A stretch of DNA of 64,000 nt from Callorhinchus milii (Eukaryota). Position 1 is the stretch's first letter. Every line of letters begins with the position of its first letter. Below, one piece after another: positions 1 through 10,400 of the stretch. The notes under the pieces were generated by a model. The model had not been told where the DNA came from. It ran no database searches and saw nothing but the letters and a program-made list of their open reading frames with translations. A program made the translations under genes and the position numbers. The stretch covers positions 5,952,001 to 6,016,000 of the forward strand of contig NW_024704765.1 of assembly GCF_018977255.1 (NCBI RefSeq), in the 5' to 3' direction.

Positions 1-293
1 CAAAACGCTTCACAGAATATACTGTGAAGTGGATTCACTGTGTATTTTGTGGACCAATCGCGACAGCCAATTGCACACAGCAGCGTCCCCACAAACAGTC
101 GTAGATTGAGTGGCCACATTTTTTTTTGGAGGCGGAATTATTACTCCAACAATCGACTAACAACCAGGTTCCTAAGTACTGCCGGGTAAACAGAGGCGTG
201 TGGAGGAAGGAATCTTGCCCAAAGTTTTGTCCTGCCTGGGAATTGAACCTCTCGCTTGCGAGGCGAGTGCTCTAACCACTGAGCTACAAGACT
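1..293 (-). mobile_element. tRNA-derived SINE (3' end cut off by window edge)
   Basis: Reverse complement begins AGTCTTGTAGCTCAGTGGTTAGAGCACTCGCC, with a box B and the shared body. Confidence 0.85.
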
Positions 294-949
294 ACACAGA
301 AAATTGGAATCAACCTGAAAAGTGAATCAGACCAAATTAATTCTGTATTTTAAAATGTGATACTTGCAATTGATGCAACGCGTAAAATGCGGAAACATCT
401 CACAGTGCTTCACAGGTGACTTAACAACTTTGATATTTTTAATTAAGATCATCCTGATCATTTTGGTTGCCATTTAGTTTTGCACTCTGACGACACTCTT
501 TTAAGCAACACTCTCAAATCCCTCTTTATCCCTGCAAAATGATTCCCATTGTCTCGATAAAGCACTTTGAGACGTTCATCCCACGTGAAAGGAACTATGT
601 AAGTGAAAGCTGTGGTTAGTGCAGTTAGGGGCTTGCCAGCACCTTACTTCATGCACCCAAATTATCGCCCTTGAGGTCAGTGCTTCTCTGGAGCAATGCC
701 AGTTAATGCCATTACACTGTCAATTCATTCCATTTAGGGCCATAATTTTGACTGTAAAGCCATCAAACAGCATTTACCTAAATATAATTCTTTGTCATAA
801 CTCCTCTTACTCATAGCTAAATGCAATGCAATACGGGACGTCATGGTGTAATGGGATTAATGTGTGCAGTGTCACCGATGAGTCATTTTAACACAAGATC
901 ACATTTCACACTGTTCCAGCCATGATCTCTGGGAAAGGAACTGGGATGA

Positions 950-1055
950 GGAGTTCTGAGGAAGGGTCGTGGACCCAAAACGTTAACTCACTTTCCTTTC
1001 TCCACGGATGCTGCCTGACCCGCTGAGGGTTCCCAGCAACTTCTGTATTTGTTTC
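950..1055 (+). mobile_element. Penelope-like element terminal fragment
   Basis: GAAGGGTC...AAACGTTAACTC...GATGCTGCCTGACCCGCTGAG...CCAGCA pattern, recalled as common in cartilaginous fish repeats; partial copy at ~52190-52255. Confidence 0.5.
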
Positions 1056-1548
1056 ACATTACCATTGAGGGTTTGGAAAGATCAGTGGAAAGTCTGTAGG
1101 GGCTGATATAAAGTTGATATTCTTAGCAATGTATTTAGTCGCAGCCTATACGTATATTTGTGTATATATGTGTGTATTCACATTATTTGGGGGTAAATGT
1201 GATACATCAAATTATCGGTGCATTGTTAGAGGTGTCATCCTTCAACAACAACAACAAGAATATAAGAAAATAAGGAATGAAACAATTTAATGGAGAGTAA
1301 AAATGACAATAAAGCTCATATTTTTTGAGGCCTGATGTTCCACATGCTAAATAGTTTTAATCTTAAATTCTGAGGTTGCAGAGAATTATCATAATAATTA
1401 TAATCCTTACATTTGGTATAACACGCACATTTTTTAAATTGATCTTTAACCTAGAAGCCAGTTTTCCGCAGTTCTTAAACATAAATGATCTTTCAAGATG
1501 AAGAGTGAACGGAAGAATCTATTCTGTGCAAAATTGTATTACAGGTTA

Positions 1549-1870
1549 AGTCCTGCAGCTCAGTGGTTAGAGCACTCGCTTCGCGAGCGAGAGGACCCGG
1601 GATTGAATCCCAACAGAGCGAAACCTTGGGCAAGTTTCCTTAATCCACACGCCTGATAATAATCCCTCTAGAAAAAAAAAACAATAATAATTCGGTCACT
1701 CAATCCACGACTGTTTGTGGGGACGCTGACGTGCACAATTGGCTGCCGTGTTTTGCCCACAAATATACAGTCGATCCGCTTTACGGTCTATTCTGGGAAG
1801 CGCTTTGAGACGTCGAGAAGACATGAAAAGCATTATATCAAATGCCAGGATTATTATTATTATTTTTATT
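1549..1870 (+). mobile_element. tRNA-derived SINE, near full length
   Basis: Head GTCCTGCAGCTCAGTGGTTAGAGCACTCGC, box B-like GATTGAATCC, body, tail ATATCAAATGCCAGG(ATT)n. Confidence 0.9.
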
Positions 1871-2235
1871 ACTAAACCAGATGCCAACAGTTGTTAAAAT
1901 ACTGTATAAACAGCTTAATGGCCCCACCTAGTGGTCATAAATGCCATTACATGGTTTCTGATGCCACCAATTATCTTCACATTAAAACAGAACAAACTCG
2001 TATTTTAATAGCATCTTGTCATTAATAATATTCCTTAATTTGTTAAAGCATCTTTCCCGTTGGGAGGACATCACAAAGCGCTTCACGGGATGTACTGTAA
2101 ACTTCAACGACTGCACATGTTCGATCCGCTCGTGTCAACAGGTCGGATTGTGTAAACACGTCATTTCGCCAGAACAAACTTCCACAAACAGCCCAAGCGA
2201 ACAGAGGAGTTTGCTCCCCTTTTCTCTTTTAAAAA

Positions 2236-3530
2236 TGGCAGGGCCAGCAGGGTCGGCAAGGTTGGTAGGGTTGGCACGGTTGGCAGGGTTGGTAGGGTTG
2301 GCACGGTTGGCGAGGTTGGCAGGGTTGGTAGGGTTGGCAGGGTTGGCGAGGTCGGCAGGGTCGGCGAGGTCGGCAGGGTCGGCAGGATTAGCGAGGTCGG
2401 CAAGGTTGGCAGGGTTGGCGAGGTCGGCAGGATTGGCAAGGTCAGCAGGGTTGGCAGGGTTGGCGAGGTTGGCAAGGTCAGCAGGGTTGCCAGGATTGGC
2501 AAGATCAGCAGGGTTGGCGAGGTCAGCAGGGTTGGTAAGGTTGGCAGGGTTGGCAGGGTTGGCGAGGTTGGCAGGGTTGGTAGGGTTGGCACGGTTGGCA
2601 AGGTCGGCAGGGTTGGCGAGGTTGGCAGGGTTGGTAGGGTTGGTAGGGTTGGTAGGGTTGGCGAGGTTGGTAGGGTTGGTAGGGTTAGCGAGGTTGGCAG
2701 GGTCGGCAGGGTTGGTAGGGTTGGCAGGGTTGGCGAGGTTGGCAGGGTTGGTAGGGTTGGCACGGTTGGCGAGGTCGGCAGGGTTGGTAGGGTTGGCAGG
2801 GTTGGCGAGGTTGGCAGGGTTGGTAGGGTTGTTAGGGTTGGCGAGGTTGGTAGGGTTGGTAGGGTTAGCGAGGTTGGCAGGGTCGGCAGGGTTGGTAGGG
2901 TTGGCAGGGTTGGCAGGGTTGGCGAGGTTGGCAGGGTTGGTAGGGTTGGCACAGTTGGCGAGGTCGGCAGGGTTGGTAGGGTTGGCACAGTTGGCGAGGT
3001 CGGCAGGGTTGGTAGGGTTAGCACGATTGGCAGAGTTAGCGAGGTTGGTAGGGTTGGCAGGTTTGGCGAGGTTGGCAGGGTTGGCAGGGTTGGCAGGGTT
3101 GTCAGGATTGGTAGGGTTGGCAGGGTTAGCGAGGTTGGCAGGGTTGGTAGGGTTGGTAGGGTTGGCAGGGTTAGCGAGGTTGGCAGGGTTGGCAGGGTTG
3201 GTAGGGTTGGCAGGGTCGGCAGGGTTGGTAGGGTTGGCAGGGTTGGTAGGGTCGGCAGGGTTGGTAGGGTTGGCAGGGTCGGCAGGGTTGGTAGGGTTGG
3301 CACGGTTGGCGAGGTCGGCAGGGTTGGTAGGGTTGGCAGGGTTGGTAGGGTTAGCACGGTTGGCAGAGTTAGCGAGGTTGGTAGGGTTGGCAGGGTTGGC
3401 GAGGTCGGCAGGGTTGGTAGGGTTGGCAGGGTTGGTAGGGTTGGCACGGTTGGTGAGGTCGGCAGGTTTGGTAGGGTTGGCAGGGTTGGTAGGGTTGGCA
3501 GGGTTGGTAGGGTTGGCAGGGTTGGTAGGT
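2236..3530. repeat. G-rich 9-bp minisatellite (GGCAGGGTT / GGTAGGGTT / GGCGAGGTT variants), ~140 units
   Basis: Directly visible 9-nt periodicity; it explains the long repetitive ORFs on both strands. Confidence 0.95.
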
Positions 3531-3685
3531 GGGGCATGGCCACGGAGGGATTTGAACATGAGGATCTTGGACTGGATTCGCCGGGCGAGGACAGAGGCGA
3601 CGGCCTCGGGAATCCCGGTGCACGAGAGCACATGGGCCGCGGAGGATGGCAGAGTCTCGGAATAGTCCAACACCGACATGAGGAA
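3531..3685 (-). mobile_element. L2-type LINE ORF2 C-terminal remnant
   Basis: Minus-strand translation VLDYS...SAAHVLS...RIQSKILMFKSLRGHAPP resembles the L2 RT tail (LDYCN...SAAR.L...RI.FKIL..FK.LHGLAPPYL). The same motif occurs in the L2 piece near 52000. Confidence 0.6.
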
Positions 3686-3703
3686 ACCATCAATGGAGAG
3701 ACA

Positions 3704-4068
3704 ACGCCCCGCCCAGTGATTGACAGATCGACAACCAACGCCCCGCCCAGTGATTGACAGATCGACAACCAACGCCCCGCCCAGTGATTGACAGATCGAC
3801 AACCAACGCCCCGCCCAGTGATTGACAGATCGACAACCAACGCCCCGCCCAGTGATTGACAGATCGACAACCAACGCCCCGCCCAGTGATTGACAGATCG
3901 ACAACCAACGCCCCGCCCAGTGATTGACAGATCGACAACCAACGCCCCGCCCAGTGATTGACAGATCGACAACGCCCCGCCCAGTGAGGGGACAATGCCC
4001 CGCCCAGTGATTGACAGATCGACAACGCCCCGCCCAGTGAGGGAACAATGCCCCGCCCAGTGATTGAT
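3704..4068. repeat. 34-bp minisatellite (GCCCCGCCCAGTGATTGACAGATCGACAACCAAC), 12 GC-box-bearing units
   Basis: Unit starts at 3706, 3740, 3774, 3808, 3842, 3876, 3910 and 3944, then shortened units at 3974, 3997, 4027 and 4050. Confidence 0.95.
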
Positions 4069-4435
4069 AGCCGGCGGCGGGGGCGGGGGGTGGGGGAGAG
4101 AGGAGGAGGCGGTCACGTGCTACACCCGCTGACGACGGGCCGTGACGGCTGCTCACGTGACGTCAGGCGGGCTGGCCCCGGTGTCACGCGGTCGGGGGGC
4201 TGTCAGTCTCCGCGGGAGGTGGTGGTGGCGGCGGCGGCGGCCTCGGTTCCTGTCGGTGTCCGGTGGGAGGATGCGGAGGCCGCGGCGAGGATGGAGACGC
4301 TGAAAGTGAAGGACCGGATCCTGGAGAACATCTCGCTGTCGGTGAAGAAGGTGAGAGGCCGCGCGCGGCCTTAGCGGGGAGCGCTGGGGAGGGGGGACCG
4401 GGGGTGTTGATGAGGGACCGGCGGGGGTTGGGCGG
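4069..4435 (+). promoter_or_regulatory. PLEKHM2 CpG-island promoter / exon 1 with E-box (CLEAR-like) and CRE sites
   Basis: Very GC- and CpG-rich. GTCACGTG at 4112-4119; TCACGTGAC at 4153-4161 overlapping TGACGTCA at 4158-4165. Confidence 0.75.
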
Positions 4436-7400
4436 GTGTCTCTCTCCCCTCTTCCCCCCCCACACACACCCCATCCCCCCCTCTCTCTCCCCTCTCCCCT
4501 CCCCCCACACACAACCCCCCCTCTCTCCCCTCTCCCCCCCCACACACACCCCCTCTCTCCCCTCTCCCCCCCCCACACACACCCCATCCCCCCCTCTCTC
4601 TCCCCTCCCCCCCACACACACCCCCTCTCTCCCCTCTCCCCCCCCCACACACACCCATCCCCCCTCTCTCTCCCCTCCCCCACCCCCCCTCTCTCCCCTC
4701 TCCCCTCCCCCCACACACAACCCCCCTCTCTCCCCTCTCCCCCCCCCACACACCCCATCCCCCCTCTCTCCCCTCCCCCACCCCCCTCTCTCCCCTCCCC
4801 CCACACACAACCCCCCCTCTCCCCCCCCACACACACCCCACCCCCCCTCTCTCCCCTCCCCCACCCTCCCTCTCTCCCCTCTCCCCTCCCCCCACACACA
4901 ACCCCCCCTCTCTCCCCTCTCCCCCCCCACACACCCCCCTCTCTCTCCCCCTCTCCCCCCACAGACCCCCCCCCTCTCTCTCCCCCCCTCCCCCCCACAC
5001 ACCACCCCCCCTCTCTCTCCCCTCTCCCCACACACACCCCACCCCCCCTCTCTCTCCCCTCTCCCTCCTCCCCCCCCCCCCACACACCACCCCACCCTCG
5101 TCACCCGCTGCAATTTAACAATATAAAAACACACAGTCACTACACTTTACTATAATAATCCTTGCATTGATATCTTGCGTCTTATCACGTCTTCGAGACC
5201 CCCCCCCCCACCCCCCCCACTCAAAGCGCTTCACCCCTTTGCAGTATATTCCGCAGAGCGCCTCTGAGATGCGATGAGGCGCACGTGTATCAATTGCTGC
5301 AATTATTATTATTATTATGAAATACAGCATTTTTTTTCTTTTGTTGTTCTTCTCCTTCAGTCACCCTCCTATCCCTCCCCTCCCTGCCCTCCACCCCTCC
5401 TGATTCCAACCCCCCCCACCCCGCCCGCCCCAGTCTGGGACTGTCCAGAGCACCTTGGGACGTCCTCCCGATGTGAAAGGCGCAGTGTCAACGTAATCCG
5501 TTGTCGTTGGTGGCCGTTGATGTCCTCTCCTCGTCCCGGCAGACTCACTCCCAAATTGAAATTTAATTTGCCGCCTCTCCTTGTCGTCGGGACGTCCTCC
5601 CGACGTGAAAGGCGCTCTATGAATGCAATCTTGTTGTTGTTGTTGTTTTGCGGGATGTCGCTGGGCCCCTTCAGGACATTTCTTTCACGTATGGAAGGTA
5701 TGATATAATAAAGAAGTGTAAGTTGTAACTCGTTTACCAGAGGGTTAAACGGGAGTGACATTTCTTTGCAAAGTCCATTAGACCCGTGGCATCGCCCAGG
5801 AGAGTTATTAGGTCTGTCCCGAGCCTTGTGTTTACTCGTACATCTCGCTGACCAATATGGGAGGAATTTTGGGACTATGTTAAAGGATTGGCTCCCGTGC
5901 AGTTCTCCGTTTAGCCTAATGATCGTAGTGCATCAACAGAGTCGAGTAGAAGGTTGCAAAATAGGTTAGTGCAAAGATGGCTCTTTGGTCCATTAGCTCC
6001 TATCTTTCCAGAATATCCAGCCGACCATCTTCCCGTTACAAGTTTTCTTTAACTTCTCTTTTTCTGTGGGCTTCAACTTTCTGCACAATGTAAAGCAGAA
6101 TTCTCACCAAACACATAATTTTTTCCCTGTTTGTGGCTTCCACTATTACGGGCACTCTACATCGTAGCTAAGAGGATAACTGTTGGTCCTGAACATGATT
6201 ATGTGCTTTCGTGTTTCTCCTCAGAGCTACATCCAACTGCAGCTCCTCAACTTGGGAAAAGCTGAGTGTCCTTGAATGTGCATTTTACCCTTGTTTTTAG
6301 TGCAGACTGATTTCCTCAGCATTATATCATTGCCCTTGGTTCTGTGGGCAGAATAAAATGTCGTGGAAGGTAAAATATTTTGAAATAACTTTCAATGGTT
6401 GATATAGTGTTGATTCAGTGCTCTCTTTTAAAGCATAAGTGAGCATTTCAAGAGGAAAGCTTAGTTCCTCGTCAGCTTGACACTTTGACTTGTGATACAC
6501 CATGGAAATATAGTGCACCAGCACAAAAAAACATTCTTTCAGCCCATTATACTGCTGCTTTTCTCCACAAATCACCTAATCTAATCTTATTTTCCTATCC
6601 ATACCTTTTAATATAATTCTTCTTCAAGCATCTATGTAATTTCCTTTTAGAAGTCTCTTCCCTCCTGTAGCTGCAGTTTGTGGCAGAGTTCCACATTGCA
6701 ACTTCTGTGCAAAGAAGTTTTTTTTTCTAACTTCCACCCTTAATTTTGTGAAGTGCCGTCGTCTGAATTTCACAACCCTCTGTTTCCTTGTTTCTGGGTT
6801 CTTATCGTACTAGTTTTGTCCGGAAGATGCTGTTCTGTTCTGCTGATATGCGCTTTACGTAAGACCAGTCCCTTAAAGGGACATTCTGTGTTAATGTGAG
6901 GAAAAGATAGCATTGATCTGTAGCTATTTTAATTGCTGATTTCTCTGTGTGGTTTGAAATATTCAACAGTCCACAGTGCTAATCACCGTGTAACCCTGGA
7001 CTGATTCTATACAATGGAGCTCTTTTACTGAGCCAGGTTGGTAAATGCTAGAGTTTCTCATCTATTTTAAATGCTGGAGTTTCTCATCTATTTTTGAACA
7101 ATGCGCACAATCCAATAGAACATACTGCTCTCTGCACATGTTCAGGTCCTGCAATGGACATAGCACCGAGTGGTTCATGGCTCCTCCCTGTGTAACAAGC
7201 TTGGACACTAACTCCAATCCCTGTCGGTTTGGATTCCCGATTATCAGGGATGAAGTTTGTTCAGTTATGAAGCCAGACTTGAGAAGTTAGCGTTGTTTTC
7301 ACTGGAGCTAAGTGGGTTGAGGGTGACCCGCTGAAGGTCTTCAAGATTATGAAACTTTATGATTGGGTAATTAGTAATAATTATTTTCATTGGCTGACAA

Positions 7401-10400
7401 GTCAATAAATAGGGGTCGCAAATTTAAGATAATCATAAAATGGGAGCTCAGAAAAAAATCTTTACACGGAGAGTGGTGATAATATGGAAGTCTGTACTAC
7501 AAACTATTTGAGGCAAAATCCACAAATTGAACAGGTTCTTGAGAAGGACAAATATTATGGGGAACAAGCAGACAAGTTGGAATACTTTGGTTCATGTGAC
7601 AAACTTAGGGTCCAAATAGTCTGTTTCTATGTTACATCGTTCAATGATGTATCTTACAGAAATGGCAGAGTGATGGGTTCAGCTGAGAGGGGGTTGTTTT
7701 AAACTTCGGAAGAAGACGTTCAAGCAAGCTACACAACCGTAGTTTTACAGAGTGGCTGGGGAGGAAATGTGTAACACCTGAGCACCTAAACAAATTAAAG
7801 AGGATTTGCTGTCTGAGGCTTTGATAGTACTTGGGTTAGAAAGAGGCTGTGGACATGGATACTGAATACAGTTCTTGACAATTGTACTGAGAGGTCTCCT
7901 ACAATCCCTGTAGAACTATTGCAGGAGAACCGCTGAGAGGTGGAATAATCCCATTTGACACATTCATAATCACCTCATGTTAGGTTAGGGTTAGGCCATG
8001 AAGAAGGATGCATGTATTATGTATTTTTTCAAAAGGATTCTTACCAATAAAAGTCAGAGGTCACCTAGTTATTCAACTGACAATGCAGATCCTGGCTTTC
8101 GGGAGCAGGAGGCAGGAGAGTGTTAAGATCTCTGTATGACGGTTGTTCGTCTTCTTCTCCTAGCTCCAGGGTTACTTTGCTGCCTGCGAGGATGAGACGC
8201 CAGCAATCCGAAACCATGACAAGGTCCTCCAGAGATTGTGTGAGCACCTGGATCACGCCCTGCTCTATGGGTAAGTTGCAAGCCTTGGAATAGTGCAACT
8301 GGTTAGAAATTGTAAATAATAATCATCTTGATTTGCTTGTTTAATATTCTGGTCTAGTTGCTCTCATCTTTTAAGTCCTCACCCTCAGAACTTGCATTTG
8401 GACCCAGGTTCCAGATTTTGGATATTTAAGGAAGAAACTTTGGAGCGTGCTGCTACATAACGTCTGTAACATTTGCTTGTTCAGTTTGCAGGACATCTCC
8501 TCTGGATACTGGGTGCTGGTTGTCCACTTCACACGCAGTGAGGCAGTGAAACAGATTGAGGTGCAGCAGCATGTCGCCACAAACCTTGGTCGCAGTGAGT
8601 ATCACACTCTACTCATGCAGTTTACAAGAACAAGATTCAACTCCTTGTAGTTTTGGATATGGCTGTAAAATGTTTGCCACAATTTAATAAACTGGTGGAA
8701 CAAGATTAATGGATTGAATGGTATCCTCTTCCTATTTTTCTGAGAAGCTCTATATGAGTCTTTGCAGTAGGGGCCCTTCCCTCACATCTTAAAAGCTTTC
8801 AGTATCTAAGCATTTTAGTTTGTAGAAGTTAAACATTTGAGACAAATTTAGGATGCAAATCAGCTTGGTGCTACTTGTGGAGTTTTGCACTTTATGGCAT
8901 AAATGGTGTGTGGTTTGTTTTTCTTGTTCAGGTCGAGCCTGGCTATACCTGGCATTAAATGAAAATTCTCTGGAGAGCTACCTGAGGTTGTTCTGGGAAA
9001 ACCAGACTCTGCTTCACAAGTACTACTTCAAGTAAGTCATATTATTCCATTCAAATGGCAACGTGACGAGCTTCCTTGCCAATGCAGTGTGTCTCTGTGA
9101 CTTCGGTAAAGAGGATTTGTTTTTGCACAAAATGTAAAGTAGTTTTTTTTGTATATTTGTAGCCAGGCATATGTATATTCGGACATCACCATTATATTGC
9201 AGTTGGAGGATCCAATGTGTAACTTGTATTAGCGCACATCCTCAGAGTTCTGGATCATCATGTTGCCACTGACGGCATTTCCTGCATATTGAATGCTGTG
9301 CGCATCTGATCTAGAAGTCGGCCAGGTTTCAGCACAGGGAGCGGGGTGTACTGTGCTTCTAGTGGTAGGGGATGGGTGTCCCACATTATAAGCGAGGGAG
9401 CATTATATCAAAGGGAGGTATAACAGGGTTCCCTGGATTTTTAAAAATGTAACTTTATAAATGTACAGCTGAGGCTTTGTGGAACTATTATTTCCAACTT
9501 TCTCTTTTTTTTCTGATTCCCAAAGGAATGCCCTGGTCTGTAGTGATGATCACCTGACCTTGTTCCTCACACTGGTCTCAGGACTGGAGTTTATCCGATT
9601 TGAATTGGACCTGGTAAGGATCCTGACTCTTCTAAACTGCACATTTATACTGTTTTGTATTTGCAAGAATATTTGTACCTTTCTGGAGATCTAGTTTCTC
9701 TTGGTTACAAGATGCCAGCTGAGCTCAATAGGCAACACCCTCATCTTTGTGTCAGCAGTCTGTTGGTTCAAGAGCTAATTGAGTAATTAACTTCAAACTC
9801 TAGGCTAGAGTTTGTTGGAGGGGCCACCCTAAAGATGAGACACAGAACTGAGCTCATGGTTTGTTGCTGCCCTCTTGTGTTTCAACGTTTCCTTAACCGT
9901 CTGCTTGTAGGATGTTCCCTACCTGGATGTGGCTCCATACATGCCCGAGTATTACAAGCCACACAACCTGCTGGATTTTGAAGAGCGTCTGCCCAACTCG
10001 GTGCAGGGCTCCGACAGCCTTTCTCTGAACTCCTTCAACTCGGTCACCTCCACTAATCTGGAATGGGATGACAGCGCCATTGCCCCCTCCAGTGAGGGTA
10101 AGTGCTAGGATTTTTCGGTGTCCAAATAATTCAGTCAAGCCTTGTACAGTAGAGAGCCCAATATCTACAGTAATTGGACTGGGTCCGTTTGGATGTGAAA
10201 ATAGTCTGGTTATCAGGCCAGCGTGCAAAACAGAATGTACTTTGTAAATCAAAACCTTTGATCACACTGTGGCAGCCCTTCTCGTTTTCTCTCTCCCTGT
10301 CTCTCTAACCCTATATCAGATCAACAAGCTATTTCCCGTTGCCAGTCACACAGATCACACAAATCCGACTGCTGGGTTTGATGCATACGTACGTAATTAA

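Noticed and set aside
3704-4068. 34-bp repeats superficially like a CRISPR array
   Set aside because: Head-to-tail tandem units with no unique spacers, no cas genes and a vertebrate context.
2016-4156. Long ORFs of 549-673 aa (LAG-rich, NPANPT circumsporozoite-like, LPT repeats)
   Set aside because: These are by-products of a 9-bp and a 34-bp tandem array; they are open in several frames and on both strands, with non-ATG or repeat-internal starts and no domain.
4153-5155. Gly/Pro-rich ORFs
   Set aside because: Low-complexity C-rich intronic repeat.
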